From the NCBI GenBank assembly GCA_943369475.1, contig CALRNJ020000006.1:139630-203629 (forward strand): a stretch of DNA of 64,000 bases. Direction: 5' to 3'. This DNA comes from Sphingomonas paucimobilis. GTDB lineage: Bacteria; Pseudomonadota; Alphaproteobacteria; Sphingomonadales; Sphingomonadaceae. Positions 47,468-57,031 of this stretch are shown here, piece after piece. The notes below the pieces were generated by a model. That model ran no database searches. It saw nothing but the letters and a program-made list of their open reading frames with translations, and was not told the origin of the DNA. Position 1 is the stretch's first letter; the number at the start of each line of letters is the position of its first letter. The translations under genes and the position numbers were made by a program.

Positions 47468-48696
47468 CCGAACCGCAGATTACCATCCTCGATAACGGTT
47501 TGCGCGTTGCCAGCTGGGCGCAGCCGGGCCTTGAAACGGCTGCCGTCGCGCTTACTGCCGAAACCGGTTCGCGCTTCGAACGACCCGAGCTGAACGGCCT
47601 CGCCCATCTGTTCGAGCATATGGTGTTCAAGGGGACGCAGCGCCGCTCCGCCCGCGCTATCGCCGAGGAGATGGAGGATGTGGGCGGCCAGCTCAACGCC
47701 TGGACCAGTCGTGACACCACCATGTTCCACGCCCGCCTCTTGGCGCGTGATCTGCCGCTGGGCGTTGATCTGCTCGCCGATCTCGTCACTGGCGCGCGTT
47801 TTGATACCGACGATATCGTGCGCGAAAAGGAAGTCGTGCTGCAGGAACTGGGCGAAGCCCGCGACACGCCCGATGACATCGTTTTCGATCATTTGCAGGA
47901 AGCCGCCTTCCCTGGTCAGGCACTGGGCCGCTCCATCCTGGGCGATGAGGCCAGCCTCGCCCGCATTACCCGCGGTGATCTGCTCGCGTGGCAGGCCGAT
48001 CATTATGCGCCGCAGCGGCTCACCCTCGTGGCCGCCGGCAAGGTCGACCACGCTGAATTGTGTCGGCTCGCCGAAGCCGCCTTTCCGGCAGTGCCCGGCC
48101 AAAGCCTGACACCACCGTGCGATGTCGTACGCTTCCATCCCGGCCGCCACCACGACGCCCGCCGCATCGAGCAGGCGCAATTGACCGCAGGCTGGGCGGC
48201 GCCCGGCCATCATGATCCTGCGCAGGATGCCGCGCTGCTGTTCACGCTGGCGGCGGGAGGTGGCATGTCGTCTCGCCTGTTCCAGCAGGTACGGGAAGAG
48301 CGCGGGCTGGCCTACAGCGTTTCGTCCTCGTTGCAGCCGTATTTTGACGCGGGCCTGATGAGTGTCCACGCCGCCACCGATCCCAAACAGGCCGCCGCCG
48401 CCCGCGATCTCATCATGGCCGTGCTACACGAAACCGCGACCGAACTGGAGCAAGCTGAACTCAATCGCGCTCGTGCGCAGGCCGTCGCTGGCCTGCTGAT
48501 GGCGCTGGAAGGCCCGCAGGGCGCCGCCGATTATCTGGGCCGCAGTCTGATCGTGCATGGCCGCTTTGTGCCGCCGCCCGAATTGGTCGCGCGTATCGAA
48601 GCGGTCACCGTCGATACTGCCCGCGCCGCCGGTGCCGCCATGCTGGCCCATGCTCCTGCCCGCGCCGAGATTGGGCGGCACAAGGCGGCTGCATGA
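47464..48696 (+). CDS. M16 (pitrilysin/MPP-like) zinc peptidase
   Basis: GLAHLFEHMVFKGT (HXXEH), NAWTS, GGGMSSRLFQQVREERGLAYSV. Confidence 0.92.
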   Translation: MTEPQITILDNGLRVASWAQPGLETAAVALTAETGSRFERPELNGLAHLFEHMVFKGTQRRSARAIAEEMEDVGGQLNAWTSRDTTMFHARLLARDLPLGVDLLADLVTGARFDTDDIVREKEVVLQELGEARDTPDDIVFDHLQEAAFPGQALGRSILGDEASLARITRGDLLAWQADHYAPQRLTLVAAGKVDHAELCRLAEAAFPAVPGQSLTPPCDVVRFHPGRHHDARRIEQAQLTAGWAAPGHHDPAQDAALLFTLAAGGGMSSRLFQQVREERGLAYSVSSSLQPYFDAGLMSVHAATDPKQAAAARDLIMAVLHETATELEQAELNRARAQAVAGLLMALEGPQGAADYLGRSLIVHGRFVPPPELVARIEAVTVDTARAAGAAMLAHAPARAEIGRHKAAA

Positions 48697-49571
48697 CCCA
48701 GCTTGCCACTCTCGTTACGGAACCCTGGGCCGATTTCGGGTTGGTGGACTCCGGCAACGGCAAGAAGCTGGAACGCTACGGTCGCTTCCGTTTCATCCGC
48801 CCGGAACCGCAGGCGATGTGGGCGCCGGCCAGTGCCGACTGGAAGGCTGATGGTGAGTTCATCGGCGGCAGCGATGAAGAGGGCGGTGGCCGCTGGCAGC
48901 TTTCGTCCAATGTGCCCGAACGCTGGGCCATGAAGCGGCCATCGCCGGGCGGAGACATCAGTTTCTGGGCCAACAACACGCCGTTCCGGCACCTTGGCTT
49001 CTTCCCCGATATGGGGGCCCAGTTCGATTGGCTGGCCAGCCGCATCAAGCCACAAGACCGGGTGATGAACATGTTCGGCTACACCGGTGTCGGCAGCCTG
49101 ATTGCGGCGCGGGCCGGCGCACAGGTGACACACGTGGATGCCAGCAAGAAGAGCGTTGCAGCTGCCCGCGAGAATGCCGTGCTGTCGGGCTTGGGCGATG
49201 CGCCTGTGCGCTGGATCATCGATGACGCCCTGAAATTCCTGCGCCGCGAGGTGCGTCGCGGCGCCAAATATCACGGCCTGATCTTCGATCCGCCCAAATA
49301 TGGCCGTGGCCCTGATGGCGAGGTGTGGCAACTGGAACGCGATCTGCCGGAGCTGGTTGATCTCGCCCGGCAGTTGCTGGCCGACGATGCACGATTCTTC
49401 GTGCTCACTGTCTATGCCATCCGTATGTCTGCACTCGCGCTGCACCCGTTGGTGGACCAAGCGCTGGGTTCGCGCGGCGGCAGCAGCGAGGTAGGCGACA
49501 TGGGGATCCGCGAGGAAGCCCGCGGCCTGCTGCTGCCCACCGCTATTTTCGCGCGCTGGTCAGCCCTGTAA
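48693..49571 (+). CDS. Class I SAM-dependent methyltransferase (RlmI/RlmK-like)
   Basis: FRHLGFFPD, NMFGYTG, HVDASKK, LIFDPPKYGRGP. Confidence 0.82.
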   Translation: MTQLATLVTEPWADFGLVDSGNGKKLERYGRFRFIRPEPQAMWAPASADWKADGEFIGGSDEEGGGRWQLSSNVPERWAMKRPSPGGDISFWANNTPFRHLGFFPDMGAQFDWLASRIKPQDRVMNMFGYTGVGSLIAARAGAQVTHVDASKKSVAAARENAVLSGLGDAPVRWIIDDALKFLRREVRRGAKYHGLIFDPPKYGRGPDGEVWQLERDLPELVDLARQLLADDARFFVLTVYAIRMSALALHPLVDQALGSRGGSSEVGDMGIREEARGLLLPTAIFARWSAL

Positions 49572-49988
49572 AGCCGCCTGCAAGCCCAGCGCTGCCACCG
49601 CGCCGGTCGTGAGCAGCAGGCGCAGCCGGCCATACCAGCTGGGCAGGCTTCGCGAGGTCCAATCCCATAAAAAATGCATTAGCAACGCGGCGGCCAGCGT
49701 CAGCAACTGCGCCACGCGATACTTGGGCGGCGCCAGCAGTATCAGCCAGCCGATAATGCTGGGTAGCATGGCCAGGCCTATCAGGCCGGGGGCTGGCTGT
49801 GACGTCTGCACGGCCGCGCCCCAACGCGCGCCGCCCAGGAAAGAGAGGATGATTGCCGCCCACCAGAGCAGTGCTTCGGTGAACTGCCAGCGGAAATCGG
49901 GTAATGCCAGTGTTGCCAGTGGCGGCGCGAGGAACGGGATCAGCCCGGCAAGGCCATAGAACAGCACGATCGGTGGGGTTTTCGACAT
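49560..49988 (-). CDS. DUF3429-like membrane protein
   Basis: GLAGLIPF, IILSFLGGARWG, LPSWY..LRLLLT; four to five TM segments. Confidence 0.72.
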   Translation of the reverse strand: MSKTPPIVLFYGLAGLIPFLAPPLATLALPDFRWQFTEALLWWAAIILSFLGGARWGAAVQTSQPAPGLIGLAMLPSIIGWLILLAPPKYRVAQLLTLAAALLMHFLWDWTSRSLPSWYGRLRLLLTTGAVAALGLQAALQG

Positions 49989-50039
49989 ATGCGCTTGCCT
50001 GTCATGCATCAACGCGCCGGCAAATGCGGCAAGACGCCC

Positions 50040-50711
50040 TCAACCGCGGCAGGCCCGCACGCTTTCCGGTCGCGGCCGAACGCCGGGACGGAAAACCGCG
50101 ACATAGCCTTGGGCAATGTCGGTTATGGTGATCAATTCATAGCCCACCGCCTTCACCTCGCAGACCAGCAGCGCCTTGGGCATGCCGTGCTGTTCGGAAG
50201 GGCGGTCGAGATCGACGACCACGATGCGGCCGCCCGGTTTCAGGCTGCGGCGCAGGCGATCAAGCAGTAGATAGGGCTGCTCGATCTCGTGATACATATG
50301 GATCATGAGTGCCACATCCACACTGGCGGCGGGCAGGCGTGCATTGGCCTGTCTGCCCTGCACGAAGCGCACATTGGTCAAGCTTGCGGCGCGGGCGCGC
50401 TGGCGGACGTGGTCGAGCGCTACCAGCGAAAGGTCCTGGGCAAACACCCGGCCCTGCGGCCCCACCACCGGTGCCACGCGCATCACATAATAGCCGCCAC
50501 CGGTGCCGATATCGGCCACGGCCATGCCGAGCTTGATACCGGCAATGCGGATCACATCGGTAGCTTCCCCCGCCTTATCACGAAGGGCTTCCTCGCCCCA
50601 GGCCGAAGACACCACCTTTGCCACCGGGCGCTGCGGGCGCGGCAAGGGGCCGGCGGCAGACAGGAGTGTCAGCGCGGCGATCAGAACGCAGAGGCGAGGA
50701 TTGAGGCTCAC
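50040..50711 (-). CDS. SAM-dependent methyltransferase, probably exported
   Basis: VADIGTGGGYY, VFAQD, MYHEIEQP, LKPGGRIVVVD. Hydrophobic N-terminus; start uncertain. Confidence 0.75.
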   Translation of the reverse strand: MSLNPRLCVLIAALTLLSAAGPLPRPQRPVAKVVSSAWGEEALRDKAGEATDVIRIAGIKLGMAVADIGTGGGYYVMRVAPVVGPQGRVFAQDLSLVALDHVRQRARAASLTNVRFVQGRQANARLPAASVDVALMIHMYHEIEQPYLLLDRLRRSLKPGGRIVVVDLDRPSEQHGMPKALLVCEVKAVGYELITITDIAQGYVAVFRPGVRPRPESVRACRG

Positions 50712-50747
50712 CAACCGCCCTTGGCAGGCCAGCATGGCTAAAAAATG

Positions 50748-52289
50748 TCAGCCGGCCGTGACGCCCTTCGGCGCGGCGCCTGTGCTGTCCAGCGTGCGCC
50801 AACGGTTCATTTGGTGCTGGAAGTCAGTCAAGTCGCGGCCTCCTAGTTCGGCGCCGCCGATGAAACGCAGGCTCACCGGGTTAACCGCTTTGCCGCGAAG
50901 CCACACCTCATAATGCAGGTGCGCACCCGTAGAAAGTCCGGTGGAACCGACTGCGCCGATGCGCTGGCCCTGGCCGACGCGCTGGCCCGGTTTCACATCG
51001 ATTCGGCTCATGTGGGCATAGGCCGTGGCGAGATCGTTGTTGTGACGGATCATGACATATTTGCCGTGGCCGCCATGCCAGCCGGCAAAGCTGACCGTTC
51101 CGCCGCCGGCCGCCATAATCGTTTGGCCGTGGCCAGCGTTGAAATCGACGCCCTTGTGCATCCGGGAAAAGCCCAGCACCGGGTGCAGCCGCATGCCAAA
51201 GTTGCTCGTCATGCGCGCGCCATCAACGGGCGTCTTCATGAGGCCCTTCTTCACGCCTTCGCCGCTGGCCTGGTAATATTCGCCTTTCCACAAACCGATT
51301 TCCACCGGGTCACGGCCTTTGCGAGCGAGCGCGCCGAACAGCAATTTGCCGTGGCGTACCTCGCCGGTTTCGGCGCGATCTTGTTCTATGATGATGTCGA
51401 AACGGTCGGCCTTACCCAGGCCGCGCTGGAAATCGACGACGTGACGCATCTGCTTGATGAACTCGGCGGCCTGGCCGGACGGAATGCCGGCACTGCGCAG
51501 CGCGCGATTGAGGCTACCGCTGACTGGTGCGCTCACCCGCAGCGGGGTAGAGTCAACCCTGATGGGTATGCGTTTCAGGGCAAGACCACCGTCGCTGCGG
51601 CTGATTTGCACCCTGAGTTCGAACGCGGCCCGCAGAGCCAGGCTTTCCAGCGGGCGCGGCACCGATTTGCTTTCGCGTCGGCCCAGCACCAGTTCGGCCC
51701 GGGCATTGCCGCCGGGGTTCAGTCCGGCCAGCAGGCGTGTCACTTCGGCTATATCCGGCGCGCCAACGCCGGCATTGCGCAGCGCGCCGACCAGACCGCG
51801 TCGACCGATAGTGACGCTGCGTTCGACGCGCGGCCGCTCTGGCGCTTCGGCCAGCCAACGCAGTTGGAGCGGATCAACGCGCGGGCTTGCGCCTGAAACG
51901 CCGCCAAACACCAGCGGCCCTATACTGTAGGCCCGAGCTTCGTCGCGTTGGGCGGGGGTTAGCGGGGCATGGGCAGCCTCGTAAATCGGCGGCACGATGC
52001 CACCGGCCAGCATGGCGCCGCCCACCAGCGCCGTGCAGGCCGCCAACTTCATCCACCAGTGGCGGCTACCAATGGCGGAACCAAGATCCAGATCAATGTC
52101 GCCCTGCGCGACGGCGCGGCGCAGGCAACGCCAATCATCGGCAAGGCGCAGACGCTCTGCATCAGTGGCGCGAGCAATCGCTTGGCCAGCGCGGACCAGC
52201 CTCGTACCCAGCGCAGATTTGGGCGCAGACAGCGAACCCGGCAGCGTAATGCTGCTTCCGGCTGCTGGCTGAAATGCCGCTTGATACAA
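50748..52289 (-). CDS. M23 (LytM) family metallopeptidase
   Basis: TSNFGMRLHPVLG, HKGVDF, GHGKYVMIRH, TAYAHM, STGAHLHYEV. TTG start (MYQ) inferred. Confidence 0.88.
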   Translation of the reverse strand: MYQAAFQPAAGSSITLPGSLSAPKSALGTRLVRAGQAIARATDAERLRLADDWRCLRRAVAQGDIDLDLGSAIGSRHWWMKLAACTALVGGAMLAGGIVPPIYEAAHAPLTPAQRDEARAYSIGPLVFGGVSGASPRVDPLQLRWLAEAPERPRVERSVTIGRRGLVGALRNAGVGAPDIAEVTRLLAGLNPGGNARAELVLGRRESKSVPRPLESLALRAAFELRVQISRSDGGLALKRIPIRVDSTPLRVSAPVSGSLNRALRSAGIPSGQAAEFIKQMRHVVDFQRGLGKADRFDIIIEQDRAETGEVRHGKLLFGALARKGRDPVEIGLWKGEYYQASGEGVKKGLMKTPVDGARMTSNFGMRLHPVLGFSRMHKGVDFNAGHGQTIMAAGGGTVSFAGWHGGHGKYVMIRHNNDLATAYAHMSRIDVKPGQRVGQGQRIGAVGSTGLSTGAHLHYEVWLRGKAVNPVSLRFIGGAELGGRDLTDFQHQMNRWRTLDSTGAAPKGVTAG

Positions 52290-52636
52290 GCCCGATCCCC
52301 CAATGCCGACGGCTAACCAGTATTTATGCTCGGTTAAACATCGGCACTTGCCAGACAAATTCGCTTTCAGAGTGTCGGCGATTGATTTGCCCCTCTCGAA
52401 TCCCCGTGTCAATCGCACAACAATCTGGGGACAAGTCAACTGGGACCAGCCGCCGTCATCATACGGTCACTTGCGCCGCTGGGTCACTCGTGTCACCTTC
52501 TTGCGTATGCACAACCGCGCAGGCTGTACATGGTAAGGTGGCCGCAGCGTCTCCGGCAACGGGCTGGGCCGCTGGGCCCAGGGTCCGATTGCCACAGGCC
52601 CTTGCTGCTGCGTCTCCCACGTTCCAGATCTAACAG

Positions 52637-55243
52637 GTGAACCGGTCCTCCATCTTTTCTGGCGCCTCGCCAGCAAGCAGTGGCAACAGCCGGATCACGG
52701 CCGTGTTGGGCCCCACCAATACCGGCAAGACGCACCTCGCCGTCGAACGCCTGTGCGGCCATGTCAGCGGTATGATTGGCTTCCCGCTGCGGCTGCTGGC
52801 CCGCGAAGTCTATGAAAAGGTGGTGGCGGCCAAGGGCGCGGCCTCTGTCGCGCTGATCACCGGCGAAGAAAAGATTGTGCCGCCGGGCGCCCGCTGGTTC
52901 CTGTGCACAGTTGAGTCTATGCCGCTGGATCGTGAAGTCGCTTTCATGGCAATCGACGAAGGCCAGATGGGGGCCGATCCCGAACGTGGCCATGTGTTCA
53001 CAGATCGCCTGCTCAGGGCGCGCGGTTATGCCGAAACCATGATCCTTGGTTCTGAAACGCTCCGGCCACTCATCCGCAAGTTGATCCCGGAAGCCGAGAT
53101 CATCACAAGGCCGCGCTTTTCGACGCTGGCCTATGCCGGGCCGAAGAAGCTGTCTCGCCTGCCGCGCCGTACCGCCATTGTCGCGTTCACTGCTACCGAA
53201 GTCTATGCCATCGCCGAAATGCTGCGCCGGCAAAAAGGCGGCGCAGCGGTGGTGATGGGTTCGCTGTCTCCTCGTACGCGTAACGCCCAAGTGGCGATGT
53301 ACCAGTCTGGCGAGGTCGATTATCTGGTTGCTACCGATGCCATCGGCATGGGGCTGAACATGGATATCGCCCATGTTGCCTTCGCCGCATTGGGCAAGTT
53401 CGATGGCAAGCGCCAGCGCCGGCTGACGCTGGCAGAAATGGCTCAGATCGCTGGCCGCGCCGGTCGCCACCAGCGAGATGGCACGTTCGGCACCGTACAA
53501 TTGGGCAGCGAGGCCAATTGCAGCTTCACGCCGGAAGAAATCGAGGGGCTGGAGGAACATCGCTTCGAGCCGCTGTCTCACCTTGTCTGGCGCAACACAG
53601 ATCTCGATTTTTCCAGCCTGCCCAAGCTGGTGGCGACAATGGACGCCCGCACGCCGCGGCCTGAGCTGGTAAGGTCGGATGATGCCATCGATCTGGGCGT
53701 GCTAAAGCGCCTGGCTGGGGAGCCCTGGGTGATGGAACGAGCCGGCAGCCGGATGCTTGGCGAACGCGGCCTGTTTCGCCTATGGCAGGCTTGCAGCCTG
53801 CCCGATTACCGCAAGACCGGGGTGGAAGCGCACACACGGCTGGTCGGCCGGGTGTTCCGCCATATCACCGAAGGCCGAGGCCACCTGCCTGATGCTTGGA
53901 TCGCAGCGGAAATCGCCCATCTTGATCGGATGACGGGCGATGTAGAGGCGATTGCCGATCGCATTGCGGCGGCACGCACCTGGACCTACATTGCTCACCG
54001 GCCCGACTGGCTGGACAATCCCACGCACTGGGCAGAGCGTACCCGTGGGCTGGAAGATCGCCTGTCCGACGCGCTGCACGGCGCGCTGACCCAGCGCTTC
54101 GTCGATCGCCGAACCGCCGTGCTGCTCAAGGATCTGAAGGCGCGCGGAGTATCAGCGAATGTGTTGGTCGAGGCCGATGGCGGGGTTGCAGTGGATGGCG
54201 AAGTGATCGGCCGCCTTGATGGTTTCCGCTTCACCGCTGATGCGGCGGCCCGGGCCGGCGAACAGCGACTGCTGCTGGCGGCGGCCGAGCGCCACTTGTC
54301 CCGCGAACTGGGCGCCCGTGCCAAGCGGTTGGCCGTCGCGTCAGACAATGAATTTATACTGGATTTCGATGGCAGCTTGCCGCCCCGCCTGTTGTGGCAG
54401 GGCGCGCGGGTGGCGGTGCTGCGCAAGGGCCGCGATGCATTGACACCCAGGGTAGAGCTTGATCGCGCCGTGACCGCGCTGGGCCCGGATGATCGCCGCC
54501 ATGTGCAAGAACGGCTGGAGCAATTTGTGGCCGAGGCCATCGCCCGTGTCGCCGCTCCCCTTGGCCGCCTGGCAGCGTTGCGCGGCGAGGTGTCGGCTCC
54601 AGCGCGCGGCCTTGTTGTGCAGTTGGTGGAAGGCTTGGGCGTGCTGGCTCGCGATGCCGTTGCAGAACAACTGGTGGGCGTCACCCGCGCCGATCGTCAG
54701 GCGCTGGGCCGCTGCGGCGTGCGCCTCGGGCCGCTGCATCTGTTCGTCCCTGCGTTGCTGCGCCCCGAACCGACGCGCTGGCGCCTTGCGCTGTGGGCAG
54801 TGGCCAGCGAACTTGCGAGCCTGCCACCGTTGCCAGCACCGGGTCGTGTCTCGCAGTCGGGCGCCGCAGTGGCGGCGTCGGCCGATGTGTTGCTGGTTGC
54901 CGGCTTCTGGCGGCTAGGCCGCGAAAAGGATGCAATCGCCGTACGCATCGACATGGTGGATCGCCTGTCCCGCTATATTCACGAGCGCCGCGATGGCCGC
55001 GCACCCTTCATGCCCGATCCCAACTGGGCCGCCAGCTTGGGCCTGTCGCAGGATGGTCTGGCCCGGCTGCTACGGGCGCTGGGCTATCGCCCACGCCTGG
55101 TGGACGGCACACCGCATTTTGCATGGGCCGGCCCGTCGCGGCCGAACCAGCGCAAACCGGCTCATGCCACAGATGTCATTCCCGTGGTCAGGGGGAATGA
55201 AGCGTCGCCTTTTGCAATTCTGGCCGGGATGATGGGGAGGTAG
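52637..55243 (+). CDS. SF2 helicase, SUV3/MgpS-like
   Basis: LGPTNTGKTH, AIDEGQ, VATDAIGMGLN, QIAGRAGRH. Confidence 0.88.
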   Translation: MNRSSIFSGASPASSGNSRITAVLGPTNTGKTHLAVERLCGHVSGMIGFPLRLLAREVYEKVVAAKGAASVALITGEEKIVPPGARWFLCTVESMPLDREVAFMAIDEGQMGADPERGHVFTDRLLRARGYAETMILGSETLRPLIRKLIPEAEIITRPRFSTLAYAGPKKLSRLPRRTAIVAFTATEVYAIAEMLRRQKGGAAVVMGSLSPRTRNAQVAMYQSGEVDYLVATDAIGMGLNMDIAHVAFAALGKFDGKRQRRLTLAEMAQIAGRAGRHQRDGTFGTVQLGSEANCSFTPEEIEGLEEHRFEPLSHLVWRNTDLDFSSLPKLVATMDARTPRPELVRSDDAIDLGVLKRLAGEPWVMERAGSRMLGERGLFRLWQACSLPDYRKTGVEAHTRLVGRVFRHITEGRGHLPDAWIAAEIAHLDRMTGDVEAIADRIAAARTWTYIAHRPDWLDNPTHWAERTRGLEDRLSDALHGALTQRFVDRRTAVLLKDLKARGVSANVLVEADGGVAVDGEVIGRLDGFRFTADAAARAGEQRLLLAAAERHLSRELGARAKRLAVASDNEFILDFDGSLPPRLLWQGARVAVLRKGRDALTPRVELDRAVTALGPDDRRHVQERLEQFVAEAIARVAAPLGRLAALRGEVSAPARGLVVQLVEGLGVLARDAVAEQLVGVTRADRQALGRCGVRLGPLHLFVPALLRPEPTRWRLALWAVASELASLPPLPAPGRVSQSGAAVAASADVLLVAGFWRLGREKDAIAVRIDMVDRLSRYIHERRDGRAPFMPDPNWAASLGLSQDGLARLLRALGYRPRLVDGTPHFAWAGPSRPNQRKPAHATDVIPVVRGNEASPFAILAGMMGR

Positions 55244-55246
55244 CAT

Positions 55247-55591
55247 TTGGTCTACGGAGCAGGGTTGAGGCTGGACAAGTTCCTCTGGTATGCGCGCTTG
55301 GCGCCATCCCGATCCCACGCTCAGGACCTATGTGAGAGCCGACGATTGCGCATTGATGGCCGGGTGGTGGATCGCGCCGCGACATTGGTCAGGGCCGGTG
55401 CCGTTTTGAGTTGGCCGCGCGGTGATGATGTGATCGTGGTGCGGGTGGAAGGTCTGCCTGATCGACGTGGTCCTTATGCCGAAGCCCGCGACTTTTATAC
55501 CGATCTCACCCCCGGTCGGGCGGCGATCGGCGCGGATGCGGCCCTTTGTTCGCAAGATGCCCTCTTGCCAGAGGCATTCGCCCTCGCCTAA
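55247..55591 (+). CDS. S4-domain RNA-binding protein (Hsp15-like)
   Basis: LRLDKFLWYARLAPSRS, GRVVDRA, RGPYAEA. Confidence 0.85.
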   Translation: MVYGAGLRLDKFLWYARLAPSRSHAQDLCESRRLRIDGRVVDRAATLVRAGAVLSWPRGDDVIVVRVEGLPDRRGPYAEARDFYTDLTPGRAAIGADAALCSQDALLPEAFALA

Positions 55592-55653
55592 GGCGCGACG
55601 TGTAAACAGGGGTAACTAGCCTAGATGGCTGCTGCTGCCTTGAGGGGAGATTT

Positions 55654-55992
55654 ATGGCCTACGTCGTCACCGAAGCGTGCATCAAGTGCAAGTACATGGA
55701 TTGCGTTGAAGTGTGTCCAGTGGACTGCTTTTACGAGGGCGAGACCATGGTGGTGATCAACCCCAACGAGTGTATTGATTGCGGCGTGTGCGAACCTGAA
55801 TGCCCGGCCGAAGCCATCCTGCCTGATACCGAAGGCGGCTTGGAAAAGTGGATGGAGATCAATGCCACCTATGCCGCCCAGTGGCCGAACATTACTATGA
55901 AGGGTGACACCCCGGACGATGCCGATTCGCACAAGGGCGAAGAGGGCAAATTCGACAAATACTTCACGCCGACCCCCGGCGAGGGCTCGTAA
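55654..55992 (+). CDS. fdxA: 7Fe ferredoxin
   Basis: [29 protein letters not shown]...[12 protein letters not shown]. Confidence 0.95.
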   Translation: MAYVVTEACIKCKYMDCVEVCPVDCFYEGETMVVINPNECIDCGVCEPECPAEAILPDTEGGLEKWMEINATYAAQWPNITMKGDTPDDADSHKGEEGKFDKYFTPTPGEGS

Positions 55993-56327
55993 ACGCCCGC
56001 CAAACTGGCTCATTTTCGGTCTGAAAATGACGGGGAATGAGACTTTTTGACCCAAGCCTACCAAATTCATGGACCGGTGCGTCCATTGCCATGGCAATTG
56101 TGACAAGTTTCTGATATGCCGTAAGCGTGGCCGGGGGTGAAGTACTTCTGGCCGGGTTCGCCGGTTCCGTTGCCAAATCCGCCAGCCTGCCAGGCGGGCA
56201 ACGGGCCAGGGTCATGCAAGGCAGGCAGTCACGTGAACGGATCGTCAGTAGGACCCCGGCAGCGCTGAGCGCAAGTCGGTGGCGACCCTTTGATCCTGAC
56301 TGCCTGATGAGAAAGGATACTGGATCT

Positions 56328-56831
56328 ATGGCAATTGCCAAACCGCTCGGTTTCGAAGTCGGTGATTATGTCGTGTACCCCAAGCATGGCGTGGGGCGCG
56401 TGGTGGAAATCCAGAGCCAGCTTATCGCAGGTGCATCGCTTGATCTGTTCGTGCTGCGCTTCGAAAAGGAACGGATGACGCTGCGCGTTCCGACCAACAA
56501 GGCGGAAGGCGTGGGCATGCGCAAGCTATCGAGTCAGGCCACCATGAACGAAGCGTTGACTACCCTGAAGGGCAAGCCGCGCATCAAGCGCACTATGTGG
56601 TCGCGACGCGCCCAGGAATATGAAGCCAAGATCAACTCGGGCGATCTGGTGAGCATTGCCGAAGTTGTGCGCGACCTGCACCGCGCCGAAGACCAGCCGG
56701 AACAGAGCTATTCCGAGCGGCAGATCTATGAAGCCGCCATCGGCCGCCTCGCCCGCGAACTGGCTGCGATGGAAAACATCGATGAACCGGCCGCCCAGCA
56801 GAAGATCGAACAGGTGCTGAAAGCCGCGTAA
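56328..56831 (+). CDS. carD: CarD family transcription factor
   Basis: FEVGDYVVYPKHGVG, RTMWSRRAQEYEAKINSGD, YSERQIYE. AAGGA SD before ATG 56328. Confidence 0.93.
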   Translation: MAIAKPLGFEVGDYVVYPKHGVGRVVEIQSQLIAGASLDLFVLRFEKERMTLRVPTNKAEGVGMRKLSSQATMNEALTTLKGKPRIKRTMWSRRAQEYEAKINSGDLVSIAEVVRDLHRAEDQPEQSYSERQIYEAAIGRLARELAAMENIDEPAAQQKIEQVLKAA

Positions 56832-56890
56832 GCGGCTGGGACGATGCCAGCGCCGGCTGCACTGCCGACGTTGGTTTGGCACGAACAGAA

Positions 56891-56937
56891 GAATGCGCCG
56901 GCACTGACCCCGAACGGGCTGGTGCCGGCGCATTTTC
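56891..56937 (+). terminator. Intrinsic terminator after carD
   Basis: 13-bp stem aatgcgccggcac / gtgccggcgcatt followed by T's. Confidence 0.7.
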
Positions 56938-56979
56938 ATGCGTGGCAAAACCGCTGATACCGCTTTGCCGAAGGCTTGC

Positions 56980-57031
56980 CAGCATGGCTCCTTTGTGTAT
57001 TATTCGGATAATACACAAAGGAGCCATGCTG
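56980..57031. promoter_or_regulatory. Perfect 24-bp inverted repeat overlapping the SD and ATG of the downstream gene
   Basis: cagcatggctcctttgtgtattat-tcgg-ataatacacaaaggagccatgctg; all 24 pairs checked base by base. Confidence 0.85.
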
